In this document: one piece after another, positions 9,522 to 18,205 of the stretch
Numbering within the stretch: position 1 is the stretch's first letter
How the letters are laid out: each line of letters opens with the position of its first letter
IMG/VR virus record: IMGVR_UViG_2537562195_000010
Reading direction: 5' to 3' (one strand)
Length of the DNA: 53,150 nucleotides
Source of the DNA: a virus
Lineage: Duplodnaviria; Heunggongvirae; Uroviricota; Caudoviricetes
Notes under the pieces: model-generated
Seen by the model: only the letters and a program-made list of their open reading frames with translations
Told to the model about the DNA's origin: nothing
The model's database searches: none
Program-made: the position numbers and the translations under genes

Positions 9522-9835
9522 GTGGGTGGACGACGTGGTGCCGGGCTGAAATTCTGATACTCCGGCAGTGCGCGGGAACAATGAAGGTAAAAAGCATTGG
9601 CGCACTTATCGGACGAACTGAAGCGGCAGTGAGAACGAAGGCACGGGAGCTGGGCATCAGTATGATGTTACGTGGTGATTTTCACCCGTCGGCAAAATAT
9701 TCTCAGCGTGATATTGAGCTGGCGCGGCAACTGCATCAGAGAGGCATGCAAAGAAGGGAAATTGCCAGAAAATTAGGCATGCCGCTGCACATAGTGAATA
9801 ACTACGTTTATTTCGACAGGAGGGTTCAGGCGTGA
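9518..9835 (+). CDS. GcrA-like HTH DNA-binding protein
   Basis: GTG at 9518 overlaps the upstream stop (GTGA); '[16 protein letters not shown]...[22 protein letters not shown]' resembles the GcrA-type N-terminal HTH (W..E.L.L...G.S...IA..LG.T.NAV..K..RLG). Confidence 0.5.
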   Translation: MSGWTTWCRAEILILRQCAGTMKVKSIGALIGRTEAAVRTKARELGISMMLRGDFHPSAKYSQRDIELARQLHQRGMQRREIARKLGMPLHIVNNYVYFDRRVQA

Positions 9836-10137
9836 GGGTGAGAATTTATATCGCCGGTCCAATGACGGGATATGAAAATTTCAACCGCGAGGCATTTCAC
9901 AGAGCGGAAGAAGCACTTAAACGGGAAGGGCATACCGTTTTAAACCCGGCAGTACTTCCGGACGGGCTGACTCAGCCGCAGTACATGGATATTTGCATGG
10001 CAATGATTCGTTGTGTGGATGCGGTTTATATGCTGAATGGCTGGCAGCGGTCAGCGGGCGCTAAGGCAGAACTGGCACTGGCGGAGAAACTGGGACATGC
10101 GGTTATTTTCCAGGAGGCAACAAGTGAGCGAAATTAA
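9832..10137 (+). CDS. DUF4406 family protein (nucleoside 2-deoxyribosyltransferase-like fold)
   Basis: 101 aa; 'RIYIAGPMTGYENFNREAFHRAEEAL' N-terminus is characteristic of DUF4406; GTG start overlaps the upstream stop. Confidence 0.55.
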   Translation: MRVRIYIAGPMTGYENFNREAFHRAEEALKREGHTVLNPAVLPDGLTQPQYMDICMAMIRCVDAVYMLNGWQRSAGAKAELALAEKLGHAVIFQEATSERN

Positions 10138-10435
10138 AGAAATGCAGGTAGAACGTGATGAATATGGCTGCTGGACACATCCGGAGTATGAAAAGTTTTG
10201 CGCAGGTCGTGAATATATTTCCACCGAGGAATTTGACGCCTGGATGAAGGTAAATAATCTTCAGTGGACTATTTGCAGTATGGATGAAGATGATTTTAAT
10301 TCAGATGCAGATGACTCCGGTATTTCCGCCTGGGAACCGGAACGACCAGAGGGAGAAGGCTGGTTTATTGGCTCCATTCATGATACTGAAGATGGCCCGG
10401 TTTGTGTCTGGTTGCGAAACAAGGTAATGGCGTAG
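10124..10435 (+). CDS. Hypothetical acidic protein
   Basis: In-frame GTG at 10124 preceded by AGGAGG (6 nt spacing); the ORF-track start at 10037 lies inside the upstream gene and is probably an artefact. Confidence 0.45.
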   Translation: MSEIKEMQVERDEYGCWTHPEYEKFCAGREYISTEEFDAWMKVNNLQWTICSMDEDDFNSDADDSGISAWEPERPEGEGWFIGSIHDTEDGPVCVWLRNKVMA

Positions 10436-10762
10436 ATGAAAATAGAAAAAGCGAAAGTACAGCTCAGGATAATGCTTGCTGGTCCGGCTGCGAGTTATAT
10501 GACACATTCGCCAGCCATAAAAAAGGTCCTTGATGAACTGGAGGCCAAAGACAAGCGCATTGCAGAACTGGAGGCAAGGGAAGTCCAGTTACCGGTTGGT
10601 TATGAACTTCGCTATGGACACCCGATAAATGCTGATGAGCGCCATATTATGATACCTAAGGAAAATGGCAGCTGGCTTTATCTGGCTGACTTAGAACATG
10701 CACTACGTGTTGCTGGCATTCGCATCAAAGGAGAGCGATGTGGAAATAAAACCAGAAGATGA
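10436..10762 (+). CDS. Hypothetical protein
   Basis: 108 aa; ATG immediately follows the upstream stop (TAGATG). Confidence 0.5.
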   Translation: MKIEKAKVQLRIMLAGPAASYMTHSPAIKKVLDELEAKDKRIAELEAREVQLPVGYELRYGHPINADERHIMIPKENGSWLYLADLEHALRVAGIRIKGERCGNKTRR

Positions 10763-11096
10763 GTTAAGTAATATTGTTTTATTTCCGGTAAAAGAGGATG
10801 ACCCACGTAATCAGGTTAATTTTCTTTATGAGCCATCGGAAAGACCATACTGCCATCACGCCTCTGTCCGGGTTGACGAAAAAGAGCGTCAGGTCCGCTG
10901 TAAAATCTGCGGTTCAGTTGTGGAGCCGTTTGACTGGATGCTCTCTGTGGCGAAAAGAGAAACCAGACTGGCAGATGATGTAAAGCTATTGCGCCAGGAG
11001 GAACAGGAAAGGCGAAAAAATATAGAAAAGTTAATTCAGATTGAGCGTAACGCGAAAGCGCGGATACGCAGGGCGTCAAAATCCAGAACTGAATAA
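10740..11096 (+). CDS. Hypothetical protein with possible Cys4 zinc-ribbon
   Basis: GTG at 10740 with AGGAGA RBS; 'CHHASVRVDEKERQVRCKICGSVVEPFDW' has C..H...C..C spacing. Confidence 0.45.
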   Translation: MEIKPEDELSNIVLFPVKEDDPRNQVNFLYEPSERPYCHHASVRVDEKERQVRCKICGSVVEPFDWMLSVAKRETRLADDVKLLRQEEQERRKNIEKLIQIERNAKARIRRASKSRTE

Positions 11097-11191
11097 TTAA
11101 ATTCAGCACTGTTAAAAATTTAATCCTTAACCGGAGGGATTCCTGCACCCTCAGAACATAAGGAGACCGCCTGAAAGGGTGGTAATGAAAA

Positions 11192-11563
11192 ATGACTGAA
11201 TTAACCAAAGAGCAATTAATCAAGGAAGCCAAATTAAAAATAGCGGTTGCGAACTGTTACCCTAATTCAGAGATGGCCAGGGTAGAGGGAGAGCTATTCA
11301 AAATTGCACTGGCATCGCTGGAAGCAGAACCGATAGCGTGGGAATGCGGTGAAAACATAATCCTGTTTAACCCTGACACAGTTGAAGCATACGCAAAACG
11401 TGCGGAAATATCACCTAAACCACTATTCTCCGCGCCGCCAGCGCTGGTAGTGCCTGATAAGTTGCCGCGTGAATACAGAAACGGTTGGCCTCTTGCGTAT
11501 AGTGATTATGCTGAAGGCTGGAACGACTGCCGCGAAGCCATGCTTCAGGGAGATAAATCATGA
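11192..11563 (+). CDS. Hypothetical protein
   Basis: 123 aa ORF; ATGA overlap with the next gene. Confidence 0.5.
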   Translation: MTELTKEQLIKEAKLKIAVANCYPNSEMARVEGELFKIALASLEAEPIAWECGENIILFNPDTVEAYAKRAEISPKPLFSAPPALVVPDKLPREYRNGWPLAYSDYAEGWNDCREAMLQGDKS

Positions 11564-11913
11564 TTAATCGTATCAAGCTGGAGCACATCCTCGAATATGC
11601 CAGGCAGCAGAGGCATATTGGTCAGCATTGTAAAATTCCACCAGGAGATATGGTTGAAATCATGGAGATTGCCATGCGCAAGGCTGGCAATTCTCCGGTA
11701 ACTCCGGATGGTTGGATAAGCTGTAGTGAGCGAATGCCGCCAGTTGGTGTTGATGTACAACTGTTTGTGTCCTGCACGGGTGAACAGTTTACAGGTTTTA
11801 ACCTGGATAATACGGGTGACTTCCAGTATGCGCAGTGTTTCGGTGCGCCCATCGTGTGTGAAGCCACACACTGGATGCCGCTACCAGAACCGCCGAAGGA
11901 GGTGCGCCAATGA
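11560..11913 (+). CDS. DUF551 family phage protein
   Basis: C-terminal 'GWISCSERMPP...HWMPLPEPPKE' matches the DUF551 signature (W...E.LP ... WMPLPEPP). Confidence 0.6.
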   Translation: MINRIKLEHILEYARQQRHIGQHCKIPPGDMVEIMEIAMRKAGNSPVTPDGWISCSERMPPVGVDVQLFVSCTGEQFTGFNLDNTGDFQYAQCFGAPIVCEATHWMPLPEPPKEVRQ

Positions 11914-11993
11914 GCTGGCCTGAAGCCTTCTCAAATGTTGGTATTGCAATGGCGGTGGCGCTGGTTGTGTATTCGATTTGCCGCTGGGGATAA
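11910..11993 (+). CDS. Small hydrophobic peptide (27 aa), translationally coupled
   Basis: 'MSWPEAFSNVGIAMAVALVVYSICRWG'; ATG overlaps the DUF551 stop (ATGA); AAGGAGG 7 nt upstream; followed by a terminator. Below the 60-aa ORF-track threshold. Confidence 0.3.
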   Translation: MSWPEAFSNVGIAMAVALVVYSICRWG

Positions 11994-12006
11994 ATTGCTG
12001 AAAAAA

Positions 12007-12042
12007 GATCCCGACACACACATGAGTCGGGATCTTTGATTT
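12007..12042 (+). terminator. Rho-independent terminator
   Basis: Hairpin 'GATCCCGAC-(loop)-GTCGGGATC' followed by 'TTTGATTT'. Confidence 0.6.
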
Positions 12043-12117
12043 ATATATCCTACGAATCCGCCAGTAAGAGAGGGGGCGGACGGTTTATTCTAATACTGGA
12101 ATTATGTGGGGAAAAGT

Positions 12118-12417
12118 TTATAAGAAATCGGTTTCATAACTTTGTCCGCCATGATAAATACCTGCGATAAAGACTTTATTGCCATCAACGGCAAAAGCAA
12201 TAATCGTTCTGTGGCGGAAGTGAGTTACCCGCATTCCCTGTCGAATATCATCGCGTTTATTGCCCCGATGCGGGAATGTGGAAAACCCATCAAGATAATC
12301 AAGAAGTGCATTGGCATAATTGTCAGCAATGACGCTCCCTGCTTTCTCCGTTATATATCTGTGCAGGTTGATTATCTGCTGTTCGGCCTCAGGAGTAATG
12401 ATGACTTCATATGTCAT
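12118..12417 (-). CDS. ParE/RelE-superfamily toxin (type II TA toxin)
   Basis: 99 aa from 'MTYEVIITPEAEQQI...'; size, sequence character and position directly after a ParD-like gene fit ParE-family toxins. Confidence 0.7.
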   Translation of the reverse strand: MTYEVIITPEAEQQIINLHRYITEKAGSVIADNYANALLDYLDGFSTFPHRGNKRDDIRQGMRVTHFRHRTIIAFAVDGNKVFIAGIYHGGQSYETDFL

Positions 12418-12422
12418 GCAGA

Positions 12423-12680
12423 TTACTTCCCGGCTCGAATCGCGGCGCGAACCTGTGCAATGGAGCGTCCGTTGTTTGGGTTTTCGCGGATAGAATCGAG
12501 AGATGGGGCGGCTGAATGCGTTAACCACGCTTCGATTGCTTTATCGCGCTCATTCAGTGCGCGAAGCCCTTCACGAATGACCTCACTTTCTGAAGCATAG
12601 GCACCGGAAGCCACACGGGCGCGCACCATGTCAGCCATCTCGTTAGTTAATGTAACGCTGAATTGTTGGGTTGTACGCAT
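12423..12680 (-). CDS. ParD-like RHH antitoxin
   Basis: 85 aa from 'MRTTQQFSVTLTNEMADMVRARVASGAYASESEVIREGLRAL'; ribbon-helix-helix antitoxin pattern; 5-nt gap to the toxin gene. Confidence 0.7.
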   Translation of the reverse strand: MRTTQQFSVTLTNEMADMVRARVASGAYASESEVIREGLRALNERDKAIEAWLTHSAAPSLDSIRENPNNGRSIAQVRAAIRAGK

Positions 12681-12761
12681 GGTAAACCTCACGGAGTAGG
12701 ATAGAACACTATTCGATGATAGCACGCTTCCTGTTGACGACAACAGAAATCAGAGACAATA

Positions 12762-13094
12762 TTGCCGCACGCCAGCCTGAACAACTGGCACCTGCTGCGC
12801 CAGCAGAGACAACCGATGGCGCACGATACCAAATTACACAATTCGGATAACTCCGCCGCCCCTGCCAGCAGGCACGGGCGGCGTTCTCATGCATTCAAAT
12901 CTGACTGGTTCCAGCATGACCCATGCACTGAAGAACAGGCCGAATGGCTGATCCAGTGCTACCGCAGACGTGGTTACGAGTTTCAGAAAGATCTCAGCTT
13001 CGATCGTCGTCACTGGATAATCTCCGTCAGGCTCCCTTATTCCGAACGCCCACCGCGTCCGTCCCGCACATTCCAGCAGCGCATCTGGAGGTAA
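12762..13094 (+). CDS. Hypothetical protein (weak call)
   Basis: 110 aa ORF between the TA pair and the DUF968 gene; start codon uncertain (TTG at 12762 or ATG at 12816). Confidence 0.3.
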   Translation: MPHASLNNWHLLRQQRQPMAHDTKLHNSDNSAAPASRHGRRSHAFKSDWFQHDPCTEEQAEWLIQCYRRRGYEFQKDLSFDRRHWIISVRLPYSERPPRPSRTFQQRIWR

Positions 13095-13095
13095 C

Positions 13096-14145
13096 GTGCG
13101 GGTATTACTTCGACCTGTTCTGGTACCGGAACTCGGGATGGTGCTCCTTAAGCCGGGCCATGAATCAATGTCAGCATTCCATAACGGCAGAATATTGGTG
13201 GAGCCGGAACCGAAAAACATGCGTGGTCTGCCGTCCGGAGTCGTTCCTGCCGTTCGCCAGCCGCTGGCAGAGGATAAAACATTACTGCCATTTTTCAGCG
13301 ATGAGCGGGTTATTCGTGCTGCAGGTGGTGCAGGTGCACTGTCTGACTGGTTATTACGTCACGTGAAATCCTGTCAGTGGCCACACGGCGATTATCATCA
13401 CAGCGAAACCGTCATTCACCGTTACGGTACCGGCGCGATGGTGTTGTGCTGGCACTGTGACAACCAGCTGCGCGACCAGACATCAGAATCACTCGATCAA
13501 CTTGCTCAGCAGAATCTGGTTGCCTGGATGATTGACGTCATCCGTCACGCAATAAGCGGTACGCAGGAGAGGGAGTTATCGCTGGCCGAATTATCCTGGT
13601 GGGCGGCCTGCAATCAGGTGGTGGATGCACTACCTGAGGCAGTAGCGCGTTGTTCGCTGGGATTACCAGCGGAAAAAATCCGCTCCGTATACCGTGAGAG
13701 TGACATCGTACCGGGAGAACAGACAGCCATCAGCATACTGAAGCAGCGCACAAAAAATATTGCGCTGCCACTTCACGTCCACCAGCAACAAAATCCACCA
13801 CAGAAAAAAACGGTTGTCAGTATCGCCGTTGATCCGGAGTCTCCTGAATCGTTCATGAGGCGGCCTAAACGTCGCCGTTGGGTTAATGAGAAATACACGC
13901 GCTGGGTAAAGACACAGCCGTGTGCGTGTTGTGGTAAGCCAGCTGACGATCCGCATCACCTGATTGGTCATGGTCAGGGGGGAGTGGGAACAAAGGCCCA
14001 CGATATTTTCACGCTACCGTTGTGCCGGGAGCACCACAACGAACTTCATGCAGACCCGCTGAAGTTTGAGAAAAAGTACGGCTCTCAGATTGAGTTAATT
14101 TTTCGTTTTCTTGATCACGCCTTTGCGACTGGCGTGCTCGGGTAA
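13096..14145 (+). CDS. DUF968 domain protein (YdfU-like)
   Basis: 349 aa; GTG start with GGAGG at 5 nt; C-terminal 'CACCGKPADDPHHLIGHGQGGVGTKAHDIFTLPLCREHHNELH' zinc/His-rich motif typical of DUF968 proteins. Confidence 0.7.
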   Translation: MRVLLRPVLVPELGMVLLKPGHESMSAFHNGRILVEPEPKNMRGLPSGVVPAVRQPLAEDKTLLPFFSDERVIRAAGGAGALSDWLLRHVKSCQWPHGDYHHSETVIHRYGTGAMVLCWHCDNQLRDQTSESLDQLAQQNLVAWMIDVIRHAISGTQERELSLAELSWWAACNQVVDALPEAVARCSLGLPAEKIRSVYRESDIVPGEQTAISILKQRTKNIALPLHVHQQQNPPQKKTVVSIAVDPESPESFMRRPKRRRWVNEKYTRWVKTQPCACCGKPADDPHHLIGHGQGGVGTKAHDIFTLPLCREHHNELHADPLKFEKKYGSQIELIFRFLDHAFATGVLG

Positions 14146-14157
14146 AAGAGGTGACTG

Positions 14158-14520
14158 ATGCTCATAGAGTTGGTTTTACCTTACCCGCCGACGGTGAACA
14201 CTTACTGGCGACGCCGTGGCAGCACATATTTTGTATCAAAAGCCGGGGAGCGTTATCGCCGGGCAGTGGCGCTTATTGTTCGCCAGCAGCGACTGAAATT
14301 AAGCCTGTCCGGACGGCTGGCAATAAAAATTATTGCAGAGCCACCGGATAAGCGCCGCCGTGACCTGGACAATATTCTGAAAGCACCGCTGGATGCGCTG
14401 ACGCACGCGGGGTTGTTAATGGACGATGAGCAGTTTGATGAAATCAATATTGTACGTGGCAAGCCAGTATCTGGTGGACGGCTGGAGATAAGAATTACAG
14501 AGGTGGGTGTGCATGAATAA
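14158..14520 (+). CDS. rusA: Crossover junction endodeoxyribonuclease RusA (Holliday junction resolvase)
   Basis: 120 aa; 'PDKRRRDLDNILKAPLDALTHAGLLMDDEQ...GGRLEIRITE' matches the RusA catalytic region. Confidence 0.9.
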   Translation: MLIELVLPYPPTVNTYWRRRGSTYFVSKAGERYRRAVALIVRQQRLKLSLSGRLAIKIIAEPPDKRRRDLDNILKAPLDALTHAGLLMDDEQFDEINIVRGKPVSGGRLEIRITEVGVHE

Positions 14521-15178
14521 CCAGTATTTACAGTTTGTTCGTGAGCAACTCATGATTGCCACTGCGGATCTTAGTGGGTCGACAAAAGGCCAGCTGGAAG
14601 TCTGGCAGGAAAATGCCCTGTTCGATACAGGGCGTTGCAGACGCAAAAAAATTCGTTACCGCGATGAGGTAACCGGAAAAATGATCACGCGGGATAATCC
14701 CCCGATCCCGGGTAAACAATCACTGGCGAAAGGCTCATCAATTGCCCTGGTCAGTCCGGTTGAGTTTTCGACATCATCATGGCGACGCGCCGTTCTGTCT
14801 CTTGAAGAACATCATAAAGCCTGGCTGCTGTGGTGTTACAGCGGTAGCATTTGCTGGGAGCATCAGATCGCGATAACGCAGTGGGCGTGGACTGAATTTA
14901 ATGCTCAATCCGGTACCAGAAAAATTGCAGGAAAAACTCTGGTGCGCCTGAAGACGTTGATCTGGTTGGCGGCGCAGGCGGTAAAAGCTGAGCTTTTTGG
15001 TGGGGAAGGTTACGAATACCAGGAACTGGCGTTACTGGTGGGAGTAACAACCAAAAACTGGTCCAAGACATTTACTGGTCACTGGGTTGCAATGAAACAC
15101 ATTTTTCATCGGCTGGATAGTGAAGCTTTATTGTTGGTGGAGGGAACACGTTCAAAACAAAAGGCGGCATTTTCATAG
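14513..15178 (+). CDS. Late-gene antitermination protein Q
   Basis: 221 aa; phage antiterminator Q family by sequence character and position (after rusA, before the late promoter/terminator); ATG 14513 with GAGGTG RBS, overlapping the rusA stop. Confidence 0.8.
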   Translation: MNNQYLQFVREQLMIATADLSGSTKGQLEVWQENALFDTGRCRRKKIRYRDEVTGKMITRDNPPIPGKQSLAKGSSIALVSPVEFSTSSWRRAVLSLEEHHKAWLLWCYSGSICWEHQIAITQWAWTEFNAQSGTRKIAGKTLVRLKTLIWLAAQAVKAELFGGEGYEYQELALLVGVTTKNWSKTFTGHWVAMKHIFHRLDSEALLLVEGTRSKQKAAFS

Positions 15179-15185
15179 CAAAGTA

Positions 15186-15214
15186 TTGCAAAAGTAGATA
15201 AAAAGGCATATATT
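15186..15214 (+). promoter_or_regulatory. Putative late promoter PR' (TTGCAA-17-TATATT)
   Basis: Seen directly: -35 TTGCAA (15186-15191), 17-bp spacer, -10 TATATT (15209-15214), directly downstream of Q. Confidence 0.5.
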
Positions 15215-15264
15215 TCGTGTAAATCTGATATTTTGCCGTTATTATACGTGATGGCAAAGCCACT

Positions 15265-15290
15265 AAAACCCGTGACCGAGCGGGTTTTTT
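15265..15290 (+). terminator. tR'-like rho-independent terminator
   Basis: Hairpin 'AAAACCCG-TGACCGAG-CGGGTTTT' followed by T-run, ~50 nt downstream of the putative PR'. Confidence 0.6.
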
Positions 15291-15431
15291 ACCCCCCAAA
15301 AAATGGCATAGACATTAAACGTGATGACGATTGTGCCAATACTTTCTCCATCAATGACGCCCCTTGACTGCATGGAATCCAATTTGTTATGTAATGTGTG
15401 TTGATATTTTTGAGTTGTTAATGGTGTTACT

Positions 15432-16145
15432 ATGGATGACAGTGCTCTGCTCAGAAACTCTTCACTTTTTGTTGCTTATATGGGCTGTCTCGGATGGGGG
15501 AGCGCTTATTTCTATGGATGGGGTACTTCATTTTACTATGGCTTTCCATGGTGGGTTGTCGGGGCTGGTGTCGATGATGTAGCACGAAGTTTGTTTTATG
15601 CTGTGACAGTTATTGTTATATTCCTTATTGGATGGGGAGTTGGTATTGTTTTCTTTTTGGGCATAAAACAAAAGCGCAATATACAAAATTTGAGTTTTAT
15701 CCGGCTTTTTCTCGCGATATTGCTGCTTTTTATTCCACCTGTTCTGGAGTTTTCTGTAATTCATCAGCATGTTGAGCCAGATGTACTGATTTTCTGTGTT
15801 CTTGCTGCCTTTGCAATCACGCTTTTTGTCAGGTCTGGAAGAAGACTTGTTTCAGTCAAATGTTTTTCGGAAATGTCTGTTATTCGCCATCACCGAATTG
15901 AGTTCATGATGGCTGGGTTTATGATTTATTTCTGGGCATTCTCTCTTATTGCCGGTTGGTACAAACCACAGTTTAAGAGGGAATATCAGACGGTCCACTA
16001 TGAGAATGTATGGTATTACATTATTGCGCGCTATGATGATCGTCTGGTGTTATCGAAATCATACAGGAGTGGGGGTAAGAAATTCGTTATATTTAATAGC
16101 GGAAATATTAATGATTTTGAAATTAATACTGTCAGAGTACGTTAA
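15432..16145 (+). CDS. Hypothetical multi-pass membrane protein (AT-rich moron)
   Basis: 237 aa; at least four hydrophobic helices (e.g. 'LFYAVTVIVIFLIGWGVGIVFFLGI') plus a C-terminal soluble ~70 aa; markedly AT-rich relative to flanking phage genes; no clear RBS. Confidence 0.5.
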   Translation: MDDSALLRNSSLFVAYMGCLGWGSAYFYGWGTSFYYGFPWWVVGAGVDDVARSLFYAVTVIVIFLIGWGVGIVFFLGIKQKRNIQNLSFIRLFLAILLLFIPPVLEFSVIHQHVEPDVLIFCVLAAFAITLFVRSGRRLVSVKCFSEMSVIRHHRIEFMMAGFMIYFWAFSLIAGWYKPQFKREYQTVHYENVWYYIIARYDDRLVLSKSYRSGGKKFVIFNSGNINDFEINTVRVR

Positions 16146-16318
16146 AATTTCCTGAGTAATAAAGATTTTACTGCCCGGCATTGAGCGGCTTTTTTATGCC
16201 AGAAAAATGGTGCAGTACATAAAATGTGCAGGTGGTTATTAATACCGGTCTTTCAGCTTGCTGGCTTTTTTGACAAGAGTTATTGGTGTGTCACGTTAAC
16301 CGGAAAAGGGAAAAAGAC

Positions 16319-16516
16319 ATGCTGAAACAGCAGGATATGACAGAAACCGCCAGAGCAGTTTTTAATGAATTAAGTGCCACCGAACCGGCGACAGTCGGGG
16401 AGATTGCACAGAATACGTACCTTTCACGCGAACGCTGCCAGCTAATACTGACCCAGCTTGTTATGGCGGGTCTGGCAGACTATCAGTTTGGTTGTTACAG
16501 ACGCCTTCAGTCCTGA
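16319..16516 (+). CDS. Small putative DNA-binding protein (HTH-like)
   Basis: 66 aa from 'MLKQQDMTETARAVFNELSATEPATVGEIAQNTYLSRERCQLILTQL'; ends inside a terminator hairpin. Confidence 0.45.
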   Translation: MLKQQDMTETARAVFNELSATEPATVGEIAQNTYLSRERCQLILTQLVMAGLADYQFGCYRRLQS

Positions 16517-16528
16517 AGGCTTTTTTAT
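16503..16528 (+). terminator. Rho-independent terminator
   Basis: 'GCCTTCAG-TC-CTGAAGGC' stem followed by TTTTTTATTT. Confidence 0.5.
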
Positions 16529-16667
16529 TTGTGGTAAATGGGCGGCTGGTGGGTGTTAGGGGCACTCACCAGCCATCTGCTCATGCGTTGGGGTCACAAG
16601 CAAACCTCAGGCCCATCTGCTTTGCGCAAAAGCGGTATGAGCCTATCAGAGACAGGCTTAATGATCC

Positions 16668-17726
16668 ATGTTTAATACTGTAAAAATATCCAGTTGTGAG
16701 TTAATCAACGCCGACTGCCTGGAATTTATCCGGTCGTTACCCGAAAATTCTGTTGACCTGATAGTCACGGACCCGCCGTACTTTAAAGTGAAGCCTGAGG
16801 GCTGGGATAACCAGTGGACGGGTGATGAGGATTACCTGAAATGGCTGGACCAGTGTCTGGCGCAGTTCTGGCGGGTGCTGAAACCTGCCGGAAGTCTTTA
16901 CCTGTTCCGTGGCCATCGCCTGGCGTCTGACATTGAAATCATGATGCGTGAACGCTTCAGTGTGCTGAACCATATTATCTGGGCGAAGCCGTCCGGACGC
17001 TGGAACGGGTGCAACAAGGAAAGCCTGAGGGCGTATTTCCCCGCCACAGAGCGCATTCTGTTCGCGGAACACTATCAGGGGCCGTATCGCCCGAAAGATG
17101 ATGGCTATGAGGCGAAGGGCAGGGCACTGAAACAGCATGTGATGGCTCCGCTGATTGCTTACTTTCGTGATGCGCGTGCTGCCCTGGGGATAACGGCAAA
17201 ACAGATAGTGGATGCCACAGGAAAGAAAAACATGGTGTCGCACTGGTTCAGTGCCAGTCAGTGGCAGCTACCGAACGAAAGCGATTATCTGAAATTACAG
17301 GCGCTGTTTGCCCGGGTGGCAGAAGAGAAGCATCAGCGGGGTGAACTGGAAAAGCCCCACCACCAGCTGCTGGAGACGTATACTTCACTGAACCGGCAGT
17401 ATGCGGAACTGCAGAGTGAATATAAGCATCTGCGGCGGTATTTTGGCGTGACGGCGCAGGTGCCGTACACGGATGTGTGGACGCATAAACCGGTGCAGTA
17501 CTATCCCGGGAAACATCCGTGCGAAAAACCGGCAGAAATGCTGCAGCAGATAATCAGTGCGAGCAGTCGTCCGGGTGACCTGGTTGCAGATTTCTTCATG
17601 GGGTCGGGTTCGACAGTCAAAGCCGCGATGGCGCTGGGGCGTCGTGCAACTGGCGTTGAGCTGGAGACTGAACGTTTTGAGCAGACGGTCAGGGAAGTAC
17701 AGGATTTAGTCAGTCAGAATGGATGA
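16668..17726 (+). CDS. DNA methyltransferase (beta-class N6-adenine/N4-cytosine, DPPY motif)
   Basis: 352 aa; motif IV 'DLIVTDPPY' near the N-terminus and motif I 'DFFMGSGST' near the C-terminus (beta-class order); no adjacent restriction endonuclease, so likely an orphan phage methylase. Confidence 0.85.
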   Translation: MFNTVKISSCELINADCLEFIRSLPENSVDLIVTDPPYFKVKPEGWDNQWTGDEDYLKWLDQCLAQFWRVLKPAGSLYLFRGHRLASDIEIMMRERFSVLNHIIWAKPSGRWNGCNKESLRAYFPATERILFAEHYQGPYRPKDDGYEAKGRALKQHVMAPLIAYFRDARAALGITAKQIVDATGKKNMVSHWFSASQWQLPNESDYLKLQALFARVAEEKHQRGELEKPHHQLLETYTSLNRQYAELQSEYKHLRRYFGVTAQVPYTDVWTHKPVQYYPGKHPCEKPAEMLQQIISASSRPGDLVADFFMGSGSTVKAAMALGRRATGVELETERFEQTVREVQDLVSQNG

Positions 17727-17766
17727 TATTGCAGGATTAGTTACGTACCGTTATTATCATGCGCCC

Positions 17767-17842
17767 GGCCCTTTAGCTCAGTGGTGAGAGCGAGCGACTC
17801 ATAATCGCCAGGTCGCTGGTTCAAATCCAGCAAGGGCCACCA
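17767..17842 (+). tRNA. tRNA with CAU anticodon (Met or lysidine-modified Ile2)
   Basis: Hand-folded cloverleaf: acceptor GGCCCTT/AAGGGCC, D-arm GCTC...GAGC, anticodon loop CTCATAA, T-arm GCTGG-TTCAAAT-CCAGC, encoded CCA. Confidence 0.85.
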
Positions 17843-17850
17843 TATCCATA

Positions 17851-17927
17851 CCGCCATTAGCTCATCGGGATAGAGCGCCAGCCTTCGAAGCTGGCTGCGC
17901 GGGGTTCGAGTCCTCGATGGCGGTCCA
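17851..17927 (+). tRNA. tRNA-Arg (anticodon UCG)
   Basis: Hand-folded cloverleaf: acceptor CCGCCAT/ATGGCGG, anticodon stem CCAGC/GCTGG with loop CTTCGAA, T-loop TTCGAGT, encoded CCA. Confidence 0.85.
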
Positions 17928-18205
17928 TTATCAGCATTATGCGTTGTTGGTTCTGATGAGTGAATCATTGTCTTTTGAGCAACAGGCTATCATATAAGAT
18001 AGCCTCAGACTTCCTTGTTTATTCTCGCCGGATGCTTCGTAGATATTTGCAGGCATCTGTATGCAGGGGTATTATTGCGGCATATATCATCCGGAAAAAT
18101 AAAAACTACATGCTGATCCGGAGATGATAGTTACAAGTCCTCCCGGATCCCGCATATTTACTATATTTTATAGATAATTGTTCTTGTTAATATGGAGATG
18201 GATAA

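Noticed and set aside
15364-15582. 72-aa ORF overlapping the 5' end of the membrane-protein gene
   Set aside because: It is an alternative frame of the same AT-rich region; the 237-aa frame with multiple clear TM helices is the more plausible product.
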